Under the pieces are notes generated by a model. That model was not told where the DNA came from and did no database searches. It was given only the letters and a program-made list of their open reading frames with translations. Source: Candidatus Omnitrophota bacterium (GTDB lineage: Bacteria; Omnitrophota; Gorgyraeia; Zapsychrales; Fredricksoniimonadaceae). From it: a stretch of DNA of 64,000 nt. Below, in pieces: positions 9,504 through 19,233 of this stretch. A program made the position numbers and the translations under genes. Where the stretch lies: NCBI GenBank assembly GCA_903836515.1, contig CAILQW010000050.1, positions 14,861 to 78,860 on the forward strand, in the 5' to 3' direction. Positions within the stretch are counted from its first letter, which is position 1, and every line of letters begins with the position of its first letter.

Positions 9504-12500
9504 ATGTTTTTTACGGATATCTTCATCAAACGTCCGGTCCTTGCCGTTGTTATAAGCCTCCTGATCCTTCTTTTGGGCTGGCGTTCCGTCATGCTTTTAA
9601 GTGTGCGCGAATATCCCCAGACCCAAAACGCCGTGGTTACGGTCACGACAGTTTATACAGGAGCGGATCCGGCGCTTGTGGCCGGATTCATTACAACCCC
9701 GCTTGAAAATTCTGTGGCCCAGGCCAACGGGATCGATTATCTCACATCGGCCAGCAGCCAGAGCGTGAGCGTCATCAAGGCCAACCTCCGCCTGAATTAC
9801 GATGCCAACAAGGCACTGACCGAGATCAATACCAGGGTGAATGCGGTGGTGAATCAACTGCCCAAGGAGGCCCAGCAGCCTGCGATAACGGTGGCGGTCG
9901 GGGAGTCAGTTGACTCGATGTACATCGGTTTCTACAGCAAAGTCCTTCCCACCAACAAGATCACCGATTACCTCATCCGTGTGGTTCAGCCGAAATTGCA
10001 GACGGTCGAGGGCGTCCAGACGGCCGAGATATTGGGCAGCCGCACCTTTGCCCTGCGGGCCTGGCTTGACCCCGAAAAGATGGCTTCTCGCGGCGTCACC
10101 GCTACCCAGGTCAATGATGCGCTGGCGGCCAATGATTTTATCGCGGCCGTAGGGCGGACCCGGGGGCAGATGGTGAGTGTGGATCTTGCCGCCAATACAG
10201 GGATGCATTCTGTCGAGGAATTCCGGCGGCTTATCATCAAGTCATCGGGAGGCACTGTGGTGCGCCTGGAGGATGTGGCACGTGTCACCCTGGGGTCCGA
10301 GGATTATGACACAGCGGTCGCTTTTGACGGCGATAATGCGGTTTTCATCGGCATCAAGGCCGCCCCCAGCGCCAATTTACTGAAAGTGATCGAGGGCGTT
10401 CGTAAGGTTTTTCCCGATATCAAGGATCAGCTTCCCGATGGCCTTGAAGGGCGTGTTGTTTACGATGCAACCGAGTATATCAATAGTTCCATTCATGAGG
10501 TTATAAAGACCCTTGTTGAGGCGTTGATCATTGTGACGCTGGTCATCTTTCTTTTCCTGGGATCTTTTCGTTCGGTGGTTATCCCGACGATCGCCATGCC
10601 CTTGTCGCTGGTGGGTACTTTTTTTGTCATGTTCCTCATGGGGTATACGATCAACCTCCTGACCCTCCTGGCCCTTGTTCTGGCCATCGGTCTTGTGGTG
10701 GATGATGCGATCATCGTGGTTGAAAATATCCATCGTCATATTGAAGAGGGGCTTTCGCCGATGGACGCGGCCATCAAAGGTGCCAGTGAACTTGCCGGAC
10801 CGATCCTGGTCATGACGCTTGTGTTGGTTGCCGTTTATGTGCCCATCGGGTTTATGGGAGGATTGACCGGTGCTTTGTTCACGGAATTTGCCTTTACGCT
10901 GGCGGGCGCCGTTTCGGTATCGGCGCTTGTGGCGCTGACGCTCTCACCCATGATGTGTTCGGTTTTTTTGCGCCAGCATGACACCGGTGCCAGGAAGTCT
11001 TTGACCGCATTCGTGGACACAAAGTTTGAACGCCTGCGCGGGGGGTATCAGAAAACGCTCCATGGTGCCTTGGACACGCTGCCGGTGGTCGCTGTTTTTG
11101 CCGTCCTTATTTTGGCGAGCAATTATTTTCTTTATATGAATGCGAAAAGCGAACTGGCGCCCCAGGAAGACCAGGGATTTATCCTTTCTTTGTATTCAGG
11201 GGCCCCTGATGCCTCGCTGGATCAAACGCTGCTTTATTCCAGGGAGGTCCACCGGGTTTTATCCGCTTACCCTGAAACCGCGCACATTTTTCAGATCGAC
11301 GGGCTGGGAGGGCTCAATGCCGGGATCGCGGGACTTGTCCTCAAGCCCTGGGATGAACGGAAACGTTCTTCTGTTACATTGCAGGAGGATATTCAAAAGA
11401 AGCTGGCAGGGATGGCCGGTGTCAACGGCGTCGCGTTTCTTCCGCCGTCACTGCCTGGCGGCGGGGAAGGCCTACCGGTGCAGTTTGTCCTGCAGACGAC
11501 AGATTCTTTTGAACGCCTCAATGAGGTGGCTTTAGCGTTCCTGGATAAAGCACGGGCCAGCGGGATGTTCATTTTCCTGGATTCCGATCTTAAGATCGAC
11601 AAGCCGCAGGCCGAGGTTTCCATTGACCGCGAAAAGGCTGCCCGGATGGGGCTGTCCATGCGGGATGTGGGCGGGGCCATGGGGGCCATGCTGGGCGGCG
11701 GGTATGTGAATTATTTCAGCCTGTCGGGGCGTTCGTACAAGGTCATCCCGCAGGTCATGCAAAAAGAACGTTTAAACCCCGACCAGATCAGAAATTATTC
11801 CATCACCACATCCAGCGGGGCGGTGGTCCCCTTGTCAACCATCGTGACGTTGTCCACGCGTGTGGTGCCGCAGGCGCTTAATCATTTCCAGCAGCTTAAC
11901 GCGGCCACCATTTCGGGAGTACCCATGCCCGGCATTCCTCTGGGGCAAACGCTGTCCGCCATGAAAAAAATCGCCGGGGAAGTCCTTCCCGAAGGGTATG
12001 CTGTCGATCATGCGGGCCAGTCGCGGCAGTTTGTGCGGGAGTCCAGTGCCATCATGTTCACGTTTTTCTTTGCACTGCTTATTATCTTCCTGGTGCTGGC
12101 CGCGCAGTTTGAAAGTTTTCGCGACCCGCTCATCATCCTTGTCAGCGTCCCGATGTCCATCTGCGGTGCCATGATCTTTATATCTCTTGGGATCGGCGGG
12201 GCCAGCCTCAATATTTATACCGAGGTGGGACTGGTGACCCTGATCGGGCTGATCAGTAAACACGGAATCCTGATTGTGCAATTTGCCAATGACCTTCAGC
12301 GTCAGGGCATGGCCAAACGCCAGGCGGTTGAGACAGCGGCCGGCATACGCCTGCGCCCCATCCTGATGACGACGGCCGCCATGGTTTTGGGGGTGATGCC
12401 GCTGGTCCTCGCCACCGGTGCCGGCGCCGCCGGCCGTTTCAATATGGGGCTTGTGATAGCCGCCGGGATTGCCATTGGAACGCTGTTCACCCTTTTTGTT

Positions 12501-12557
12501 GTTCCGGCCATGTATATGCTCGTCGGGACAGATCATGCCGCGGTGAAGGTGCGATGA
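9504..12557 (+). CDS. RND family multidrug efflux permease (AcrB/AcrD-like)
   Basis: 1017 aa, 12-TM architecture with two large periplasmic loops and conserved AcrB motifs (LAIGLVVDDAIVVVENI; GLISKHGILIVQFAN). Confidence 0.9.
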   Translation: MFFTDIFIKRPVLAVVISLLILLLGWRSVMLLSVREYPQTQNAVVTVTTVYTGADPALVAGFITTPLENSVAQANGIDYLTSASSQSVSVIKANLRLNYDANKALTEINTRVNAVVNQLPKEAQQPAITVAVGESVDSMYIGFYSKVLPTNKITDYLIRVVQPKLQTVEGVQTAEILGSRTFALRAWLDPEKMASRGVTATQVNDALAANDFIAAVGRTRGQMVSVDLAANTGMHSVEEFRRLIIKSSGGTVVRLEDVARVTLGSEDYDTAVAFDGDNAVFIGIKAAPSANLLKVIEGVRKVFPDIKDQLPDGLEGRVVYDATEYINSSIHEVIKTLVEALIIVTLVIFLFLGSFRSVVIPTIAMPLSLVGTFFVMFLMGYTINLLTLLALVLAIGLVVDDAIIVVENIHRHIEEGLSPMDAAIKGASELAGPILVMTLVLVAVYVPIGFMGGLTGALFTEFAFTLAGAVSVSALVALTLSPMMCSVFLRQHDTGARKSLTAFVDTKFERLRGGYQKTLHGALDTLPVVAVFAVLILASNYFLYMNAKSELAPQEDQGFILSLYSGAPDASLDQTLLYSREVHRVLSAYPETAHIFQIDGLGGLNAGIAGLVLKPWDERKRSSVTLQEDIQKKLAGMAGVNGVAFLPPSLPGGGEGLPVQFVLQTTDSFERLNEVALAFLDKARASGMFIFLDSDLKIDKPQAEVSIDREKAARMGLSMRDVGGAMGAMLGGGYVNYFSLSGRSYKVIPQVMQKERLNPDQIRNYSITTSSGAVVPLSTIVTLSTRVVPQALNHFQQLNAATISGVPMPGIPLGQTLSAMKKIAGEVLPEGYAVDHAGQSRQFVRESSAIMFTFFFALLIIFLVLAAQFESFRDPLIILVSVPMSICGAMIFISLGIGGASLNIYTEVGLVTLIGLISKHGILIVQFANDLQRQGMAKRQAVETAAGIRLRPILMTTAAMVLGVMPLVLATGAGAAGRFNMGLVIAAGIAIGTLFTLFVVPAMYMLVGTDHAAVKVR

Positions 12558-12922
12558 TCGATATACCGGATTCCTTCTTCGAAAAGGATGCCCATGGGCA
12601 ATTCCTTTGTCCTAAATGCCGCCGTATCATTAACGCGTGTACCTGTCCGTCGATTGACCCTCCCGGGCCGCGACCCATGACCTTTACGCCAAGGCTTCGT
12701 CTGGACAGGTCGGGGCGCAAGGGCAAGGTTGTGACCTTGATCGAGCGTTTACCGCACGACGAGAATTTTATCAAGGCCATGGCCCATGATATCAAGGCCA
12801 GGACCGGCAGCGGCGGGACTTTTTATCTCGCCGGAGATGAGGGCGTGATCGAGATCCAGGGCGATCACCGCAAGAAGATCAGCGATCTTCTGGCCCTAAA
12901 GAAATCCTCTTTATCCGCATGA
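12554..12922 (+). CDS. yciH: Translation initiation factor SUI1/YciH family protein
   Basis: C-terminal SUI1 fold (GRKGKVVTLIERL ... GSGGTFYLAGDEGVIEIQGDHRKKISDLLALKK) closely resembles E. coli YciH. ATGA overlap with the RND permease stop. Confidence 0.75.
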   Translation: MIDIPDSFFEKDAHGQFLCPKCRRIINACTCPSIDPPGPRPMTFTPRLRLDRSGRKGKVVTLIERLPHDENFIKAMAHDIKARTGSGGTFYLAGDEGVIEIQGDHRKKISDLLALKKSSLSA

Positions 12923-13099
12923 CCACCTTCCCGGGCCAAATTGAAACACCATTGTCTTTGGCCCGAACGTTACCGCCGGGCGATCACCCGATAGGATAAG
13001 GCGGGGATGGATGGCACGTGATTTTCAAGGAAATGTGATCTGTGTGCGGTTAATCTTTTTTTTGTTGTTTTAATCCGTTTTTACAGCACAATAGAACAC

Positions 13100-14215
13100 A
13101 TGCGCCTACGTCTTACCAGCAACATTCTTACAGCTTTCTTCCTTGCCGCAGCCATTCTTTTTCCAGCGACGACCCAGGCGCAGGCCGTGCCTCAGCGGGG
13201 GATATTTGTCAGTGTTATCGAGAAACAAACGGTTTTGGCCAGCCGTAAGGCCATGGATGACCTTATTGCGTTTTCCAGGCAGGCGGGGATCACGACATGT
13301 TTTCTTCAGGTCTATCGGGCAAACCAGGCCTGGTTTCCTACCAGGACAGGGGATACGTCCCCGTATCAAGCCGCATTGAAGGCTGTGGGGGAGGACCCTC
13401 TGGCGCTCTTTATCCGCAAGGCCCACGCCGCGGGGATCGAGGTACATGCCTGGGTTAATCTGATGAGCCTTAGCAAGAATGTCCATGCGCCCATCCTCAA
13501 GAAATATGGGCGGGGTATCCTGACAAGGAATCTGGCCCCTAAAAGAAGCCTGAAGGATTACCAGATCGACGGACAATATTTTCTTGAACCTGGAGATTTG
13601 CGCGTCCGCGATCAACTTGAGGTTATGGTGGGCGAGCTTCTGGGGAAGTACCCTCAACTGGACGGAATTCAGTTCGATTATATCCGTTATCCGGACATCA
13701 ATCCTACCTATGGCTATACACGGATGAACCTGGATCGTTTCAGGGCGGCGACCGGGATCAATCTCATTAAGGAAGACAGCCCCGCCTGGAAGAACTGGAA
13801 GAGGACCCAGGTCACGGAGCTGTTGCGTTTGCTGGCGGCCAAAGCGCGTACTGTTCATCCCGGGATCCATATTTCCACGACCGGATGCATGTCCTACGCC
13901 AGGGCATACCATGAAGCCTTTCAGGATTGGCCCTCCTGGGTCAATGACGGCCTGGTGGAGTTTGTTTCAGTCATGACGTACCCTGACAATGTCCCGGATT
14001 TTGTCAAACAACTCGCGGAAGCCAGGGCTCATGCCGGGGATTTCACAAAGATCAATATTTGCGTGGGGGCCTACAAGTTTATCAAGGCGCCGGGTATTTT
14101 TGCGGACCAGTTTCGCTTATGTGAAACATCGGGCGCCAGGGCGTGTCTTGTTTTCTACTACGGGAACCTTCTCGAGAATCCTGTGCTTGCGCAAAGCCTG
14201 ATCCGCCAGCCCTGA
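13100..14215 (+). CDS. Secreted glycoside hydrolase-like family 10 (GHL10/YngK-like) protein
   Basis: Signal peptide (AAILFPATTQAQA), then a TIM-barrel-like GHL10 region (GIEVHAWVN; DGIQFDYIRYPD). Confidence 0.55.
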   Translation: MRLRLTSNILTAFFLAAAILFPATTQAQAVPQRGIFVSVIEKQTVLASRKAMDDLIAFSRQAGITTCFLQVYRANQAWFPTRTGDTSPYQAALKAVGEDPLALFIRKAHAAGIEVHAWVNLMSLSKNVHAPILKKYGRGILTRNLAPKRSLKDYQIDGQYFLEPGDLRVRDQLEVMVGELLGKYPQLDGIQFDYIRYPDINPTYGYTRMNLDRFRAATGINLIKEDSPAWKNWKRTQVTELLRLLAAKARTVHPGIHISTTGCMSYARAYHEAFQDWPSWVNDGLVEFVSVMTYPDNVPDFVKQLAEARAHAGDFTKINICVGAYKFIKAPGIFADQFRLCETSGARACLVFYYGNLLENPVLAQSLIRQP

Positions 14216-14296
14216 TCAAGAATTTGAGTTTGTTTATTTGATCTTTTATGTCATGATATACATTCTTGTCAGTAAAAAATATAGGGAGATTCTTTT

Positions 14297-14701
14297 ATGC
14301 AGGTTGAAGTCTTTGCCATCTGTGACGCTGCGACATCCGACAGCGGCAAGCTTAATATCCTCGGCGCCTTTGACACCATCTGGGTGAGGCAGTTCCCGGC
14401 TGTTTATCCCCACTGTGCGGTTGCGGTCAAGATGCGTTTTGAGGCCATTGAAAAGGGTGATCATGCGATGGTCACACGCCTCATCGATGAGGACGGGAAG
14501 AATGTCCTGCCGCCGGCGACGGGGTCTTTTACAATGAATATGCCTGAGAACCAGCGTTCAGCTTCGACTGATGTGGTCCTGAACATCCAGGGGTTGAACT
14601 TATCCAAACCAGGTGAATATGCCCTCGAACTTGCGGTCGACGGCCGCAGTGAGATATCCCTGCCGCTCTTTATCCGTCAGGCAGCGGCGGTCGCCCCGTG
14701 A
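14297..14701 (+). CDS. Hypothetical protein
   Basis: 134-aa ORF with good RBS context (agggagattcttttATG). No family recognised by eye. Confidence 0.4.
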   Translation: MQVEVFAICDAATSDSGKLNILGAFDTIWVRQFPAVYPHCAVAVKMRFEAIEKGDHAMVTRLIDEDGKNVLPPATGSFTMNMPENQRSASTDVVLNIQGLNLSKPGEYALELAVDGRSEISLPLFIRQAAAVAP

Positions 14702-15492
14702 GCTCATCCGACATGTTTCAGGACGCCCATATCCATATCCAGGACTTGAAGAATGACAGCCAGATAACCCGTTTTCTGGAAGAAGCGCGGGCGCATGAGG
14801 TGGGTTGTTTCTACGGCTGTGCCATCACGCCGGCTGACTGGGACATGGTTGAGTCTCTTTCCCTGCGTTATGCGGGCTTTATTCCATTCTTCGGCATTCA
14901 TCCCTGGTTTGCGGATATAGCTCCATCCGGCTGGGAAGAGCGCCTCCGCGGCCTTCTGGAGAGATACCCCCTGGCCTGTGTCGGGGAAACCGGACTTGAT
15001 AAAACACGCAAGAACATCGACATGGAAGACCAGAAAAATATTCTGGCGTGTCATTTGCGCATGGCCCGGGATTACCATCGGCCTTTTGCCCTTCATTCTG
15101 TCCGTGCGTGGGCAGAGGCGATCGCGCTTATCAAGGAGCATGCACCGGGAGTTCCTTTTATAGCGCATTCTTTTTATGCAGCGCCTCCGATCCTGGGAGA
15201 GGTGCTGGATCTGGGAGGGTATGCGAGTTTCTCGACCAAACAATTGATGCGCCCGGATGAGGCATTGAAGGAGCTTGTCAAGGCCGCGCCCATTGACCGG
15301 ATACTGATTGAAACGGATTTCCCCTACCAGATCAAGTGGACATCGCCGGAAGATTACATAGAAGCCTTAAAGGCCGCCTATGCCATGGCGGCAGATATCA
15401 AGGGGGTCCCCCTGGATGAATTTATCCGCGTGATTCGGCACAATGGCCGGTTTCTTGCCAGTCAGGCGTTGCCGCGTCAAGGAACAACCTGA
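14698..15492 (+). CDS. tatD: TatD-family metal-dependent hydrolase (DNase)
   Basis: DAHIHIQD N-terminal metal-binding motif, GLHPW, internal histidines and ETD(F/S)PY C-terminal motif. Confidence 0.8.
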   Translation: MSSSDMFQDAHIHIQDLKNDSQITRFLEEARAHEVGCFYGCAITPADWDMVESLSLRYAGFIPFFGIHPWFADIAPSGWEERLRGLLERYPLACVGETGLDKTRKNIDMEDQKNILACHLRMARDYHRPFALHSVRAWAEAIALIKEHAPGVPFIAHSFYAAPPILGEVLDLGGYASFSTKQLMRPDEALKELVKAAPIDRILIETDFPYQIKWTSPEDYIEALKAAYAMAADIKGVPLDEFIRVIRHNGRFLASQALPRQGTT

Positions 15493-15738
15493 TCTTTTCT
15501 TGCGGTTCATAAAATATATTGGCAATATAAGCGTTGATGGTGTATAGTTAGTTCATCCAAGTCGTAAGGTTTGTTCACGTTGGGCAGATCTTTTTATATA
15601 GAACTCAAGAAAGGCAGGTGCAACATGAGTGAATGGAAAGAAGACAAACCGATCAAAATCAACCAGGCTCAGCGTGAGATCTTTGGTTGGGATAATATTG
15701 ACATCCTTATCTAAGATATCCTGAAGTTGATCCCAAAA

Positions 15739-15773
15739 GCCCTGTAAGGCATAGTCTTACAGGGCTTTTCTGT
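15739..15773. terminator. Bidirectional rho-independent terminator between convergent tatD and queH
   Basis: Perfect 13-bp stem AAAGCCCTGTAAG / CTTACAGGGCTTT with 7-nt loop, flanked by A-run and T-run. Confidence 0.6.
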
Positions 15774-16332
15774 TGTTAGCCTTTTTCATGGAGTAACGGC
15801 ATCCGCAATAGGTCTGGCGGTAGAAATTTTCTGTTTTTGCCACCGTGTGCATACGTTGTATGCCCCCCTCTTGGCGCCAATCACGGTTAAGGCAGGCAAG
15901 GTTGGGGTAGGGGGCGGCGGCGTTGACCAGGGCCCGGCCTACCTGGGCCGGATCTTTCCACCGGGATATGCCGTTAGTCGTTGCCAGTGCAGTAAATCCA
16001 TTCTCATGGGCATAGCGGGCGGCACGTTCAAGGCGCATGTCAAAGCATGCGCTGCAGCGCAGGCCTCGTTCAGGCGCGTCTTCCAGCCCTTTGACGCGTT
16101 CAAGCCATAGATCCGGGGTATTGTCTTCATCCACACAAGGGATGCCTGACCTTTGGGCAAACCGGAGGACTTCATCCTTGCGGCGGAGGTATTCTGCCTG
16201 GGGGTAAATGTTGGGGTTATAGAAATAGAGGGTGAACTCAGTTCCTTCATCCCGGAGTGTGGCCACGATCCCGCCGCAACAGGGGGCACAGCAAACGTGC
16301 AAAAGAAGGGAGGAGAATCCAGTGCGTGCCAT
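15757..16332 (-). CDS. queH: Epoxyqueuosine reductase QueH (DUF208)
   Basis: LLHVCCAPCCGG ... CSACFDMRLERAARYA ... YCGCRYS cysteine pattern characteristic of QueH. Confidence 0.85.
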   Translation of the reverse strand: MARTGFSSLLLHVCCAPCCGGIVATLRDEGTEFTLYFYNPNIYPQAEYLRRKDEVLRFAQRSGIPCVDEDNTPDLWLERVKGLEDAPERGLRCSACFDMRLERAARYAHENGFTALATTNGISRWKDPAQVGRALVNAAAPYPNLACLNRDWRQEGGIQRMHTVAKTENFYRQTYCGCRYSMKKANNRKAL

Positions 16333-16424
16333 TAAATTTAAATCCGGGTTGATTGAGAATACTACTATGTTATACTAAAAAAATTGGTTTTCTATATTAA
16401 ACTGCAGCGTGAAGGGCTGGTGAT

Positions 16425-17225
16425 ATGGGTTTGTCCAAGGATACGAGCTGGGCGGCTATACTTCGCAAATCTGTTTTTTTACTGATCTTTCTTATTCTGA
16501 TGCCAAGGGCATTCGCAGGATCGCCCAGCATCGACGCTGGCGGTTTCGGGTTTGACGTCCAGAGTGTTTCTATCGGAGATTGGGAGGGCAAAAGGTATCT
16601 CGTTATATTTTTTCGTTTCACGAACAAGACGCCTTCCCGTAAAGTTGACCTTGATCGCGCTTTTCAGTATACCCTCTCTGATAACCTGGGCAATCATTAC
16701 CGCCAGCTCCCGGTTCCTAAAGATTACACCAAGCCCCTGGATGAGCTGTCACCGAATTTTCCGAGTGTTTACCCGGGTGACGCATGTGCAACCACATTAT
16801 TCTTTGAAGCGCCTGTGCCCAAGGCGGCCTCTCTTAAGTTAGACGTTCTGGCAGATATTATTGGTCTTCATACGCCAGTGGGGCTTGAATTCTCTTTGGG
16901 CCGCTATGCCGATGATGGGGATAACAATGCCATTGATATTGCAAGCCCCGGGAACGGGGATGTCTTCGCCCCTGGGGATATGTTTCCGTTGCACGTCCGG
17001 ATCCGCTCGGCCGCGGCGCCTCACAAGATCATTGTCGTTGCTTTTGGCCGCACCTTCGAAGATGCGGCACCTGGGGTTGATAATACGTACACTATTACAA
17101 TTCCCTCTGGCTGTCCTGCGGGGGAATCCGGGATCAGCGTCATTGGGAAATGGGACACGCCTAATATCAGCGGGCAGGTTGCCTCAAAGAACATTGTTGT
17201 TCAGGTTCATCTTGCAAGTCGTTGA
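16425..17225 (+). CDS. Secreted hypothetical protein
   Basis: N-terminal signal peptide (FLLIFLILMPRAFAG), then a beta-rich sequence. No family recognised with confidence. Confidence 0.45.
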   Translation: MGLSKDTSWAAILRKSVFLLIFLILMPRAFAGSPSIDAGGFGFDVQSVSIGDWEGKRYLVIFFRFTNKTPSRKVDLDRAFQYTLSDNLGNHYRQLPVPKDYTKPLDELSPNFPSVYPGDACATTLFFEAPVPKAASLKLDVLADIIGLHTPVGLEFSLGRYADDGDNNAIDIASPGNGDVFAPGDMFPLHVRIRSAAAPHKIIVVAFGRTFEDAAPGVDNTYTITIPSGCPAGESGISVIGKWDTPNISGQVASKNIVVQVHLASR

Positions 17226-17282
17226 GCGGGTTCTTATGTTGTGTTAGGGGTATGTTATACTTGGCGTACGGAGGTTGGTGAC

Positions 17283-17714
17283 ATGCGGTATTTTGTGTTA
17301 GGCATCAGTTTTTTCATCCTTTTGGCAAGGCCGTTGCCTGTGCTTCACGCCCAGGAAATCCAGCCGGCGACTGTTCCTTTCAATGAGGCGACTGAAGAAG
17401 ATATTGACCCTCAGGATGTAGAAAAGGCGCCGGCCATTGAGAAAGTGTACAAGCCTGAAGACAAGGCTGTCAAGAAGGCGCGTCTTCGCCTGATCGCAGA
17501 GCGCAAGAAAGCCGAATTGGCCAAGCTCAAGGCCCTGCAAAAAGCAAGGGCTGAATTAAAGCGAAAAGAGGCTGACCGGCTTAAAGCCAGGGCGAGGGCC
17601 AGTGCCGAGGACCGCAAGAAAATTAAAGAACTGAGGAAGAAAAGAGAAATCAAGATGCGGGATCTCAAACGCAATCAGCGGATGCGTCGGAATCGTTACA
17701 AAACATCTTCTTGA
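17283..17714 (+). CDS. Secreted highly basic K/R-rich coiled-coil protein
   Basis: Signal peptide (FVLGISFFILLARPLPVLHA), then a KKARLRLIAERKKAELAKLKALQKARAELKRKEADRLKAR low-complexity charged segment. The ATG at 17283 is preferred over 17241. Confidence 0.45.
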   Translation: MRYFVLGISFFILLARPLPVLHAQEIQPATVPFNEATEEDIDPQDVEKAPAIEKVYKPEDKAVKKARLRLIAERKKAELAKLKALQKARAELKRKEADRLKARARASAEDRKKIKELRKKREIKMRDLKRNQRMRRNRYKTSS

Positions 17715-18388
17715 TGGGCTCTTCCAGAAAACTTCCAGTGTTAAAAGCAGTTATTTTCGATATGGATGGGGTCATCACCATGACCATGCCGTATCATGTG
17801 CGTGCCTGGACCAGGGTGTTTGCCGGGGCTGGGATCCATGTGCCATCATTCGAGATTTATGCACGTGAAGGCCAAAAAGGTCTTGTCAGTGTCATGGAGA
17901 TTTTTGCCCGGCACGGGAAGCCGCTTTCAGCCATGCGTGCCAGGGAGTTGTTGGCTAAAAAAGAGATCATTTTCAAGCGGATTGTGCGTACCCGTTTTGT
18001 GCCTGGCGCCCGGCGTTTTATTAAGACATGTTGTGCGCGTGGGGTGAGGCTTGCGCTCGTAACAGGAACGGCGCGGCACGAACTTGAAAAGATCCTTCCC
18101 AAGGAATTGATCGCCAGGTTTGAGGTGATCGTCACGGGGAACGACGTGAAAAATGGCAAGCCCCATCCTGAGCCTTATCAGAAGGCGCTTAAGGCGCTGA
18201 GGATGCCCGGGGGAGGGGCCGTGGTGGTGGAGAACGCGCCTTTTGGGATCACCTCTGCGGTGAGAGCCGGGCTGGTTTGCGTGGCCCTGGAGACATCTTT
18301 GCCCAAGTCCTATCTTAAGGAGGCGGATAAGGTTGTCAGTGATTATCATGGCCTTGAAAAATTTATCTCCCAGCATTACAGCTTATGA
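17711..18388 (+). CDS. HAD-superfamily hydrolase (beta-phosphoglucomutase-like)
   Basis: Motif I VIFDMDGVIT, motif II LVTGT, C-terminal ENAPFGITSA(V) motif. Confidence 0.75.
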   Translation: MMGSSRKLPVLKAVIFDMDGVITMTMPYHVRAWTRVFAGAGIHVPSFEIYAREGQKGLVSVMEIFARHGKPLSAMRARELLAKKEIIFKRIVRTRFVPGARRFIKTCCARGVRLALVTGTARHELEKILPKELIARFEVIVTGNDVKNGKPHPEPYQKALKALRMPGGGAVVVENAPFGITSAVRAGLVCVALETSLPKSYLKEADKVVSDYHGLEKFISQHYSL

Positions 18389-19233
18389 AAATACCTCGGG
18401 TTCTTGTCGTTTACAAGCGTAGCTCATTGTCCGTTGCCGGCAAGCTGGCATCGCGCCTGCGCCACATTGCGCGTTTTCAGGCGAACCATGCCGCGCATGG
18501 TGCCACCCTGCGTGTTGTTGAAGAAGTCCTCGTCAAGAACGGCATTCCGTATCACAAACATGTGCGCGGGCCGCATGTGGATTACGCACCGTATGACCTT
18601 GTTATCACGGTAGGCGGTGACGGGACCGTCCTGGGGGCGGCGCGTGCGGTGACCGGTCGTCAGGTCATTTTGGGGGTTAACTCGGATCCGTCCTGGAGTG
18701 TGGGCAAGTTTTGTTACGCCAATGCCGGCACATTCGAGCCGTTCCTTAAAGCGTTTTTATCAGGCCAAGCCAGGATTTGCCGGCTTTATAAACTTAAAGT
18801 ATGCCTTAATGACAGCAAGACTGTGCGCCGCATGGAATGCCTCAACGACATTTTGATATGTCATGCCAATCCGGCGGCCATGAGCCGTTACATGATCGCC
18901 GTCGGCCGGGAAAAGGAAGAGCAGCGCGATTCGGGGATATGGATATCCACGGCGGCAGGTTCAACCGGGGCCATTGCCTCGGCCGGCGGGGTACAGATGC
19001 CTCTTTCTTCGACAGATCTTCAGTATAAGCCCAGGGAGCTTTATTGCGGCCGCGGAGCCCGGTATCATTTGACCGGCGGTTTTGTGGCGCGTCCCGGCCG
19101 TATTGTTATCGAGTCCATGATGCCGCGCGGGCTGATTTTTGTCGACGGGTCGCATGTCAGGCTGCCTTTCACGTACGCCAGCCGTGCCGAGGTGTTTTCG
19201 TCGCCTCATTTTATCCAGCTTGTTCATGCCTGA
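18385..19233 (+). CDS. nadK: NAD+ kinase
   Basis: GGDGTVLGAARA motif and DG(S)HV C-terminal region typical of NadK/PpnK. Confidence 0.85.
   Translation: MKIPRVLVVYKRSSLSVAGKLASRLRHIARFQANHAAHGATLRVVEEVLVKNGIPYHKHVRGPHVDYAPYDLVITVGGDGTVLGAARAVTGRQVILGVNSDPSWSVGKFCYANAGTFEPFLKAFLSGQARICRLYKLKVCLNDSKTVRRMECLNDILICHANPAAMSRYMIAVGREKEEQRDSGIWISTAAGSTGAIASAGGVQMPLSSTDLQYKPRELYCGRGARYHLTGGFVARPGRIVIESMMPRGLIFVDGSHVRLPFTYASRAEVFSSPHFIQLVHA

Noticed and set aside
11835-12536. 233-aa minus-strand ORF within the RND permease gene
   Set aside because: G/H/R-rich antisense artefact of a high-GC membrane-protein gene.
13106-13912. 268-aa minus-strand ORF antisense to the GHL10 gene
   Set aside because: R/G/P-rich composition, no motifs. 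The plus-strand gene has a signal peptide and family signature.
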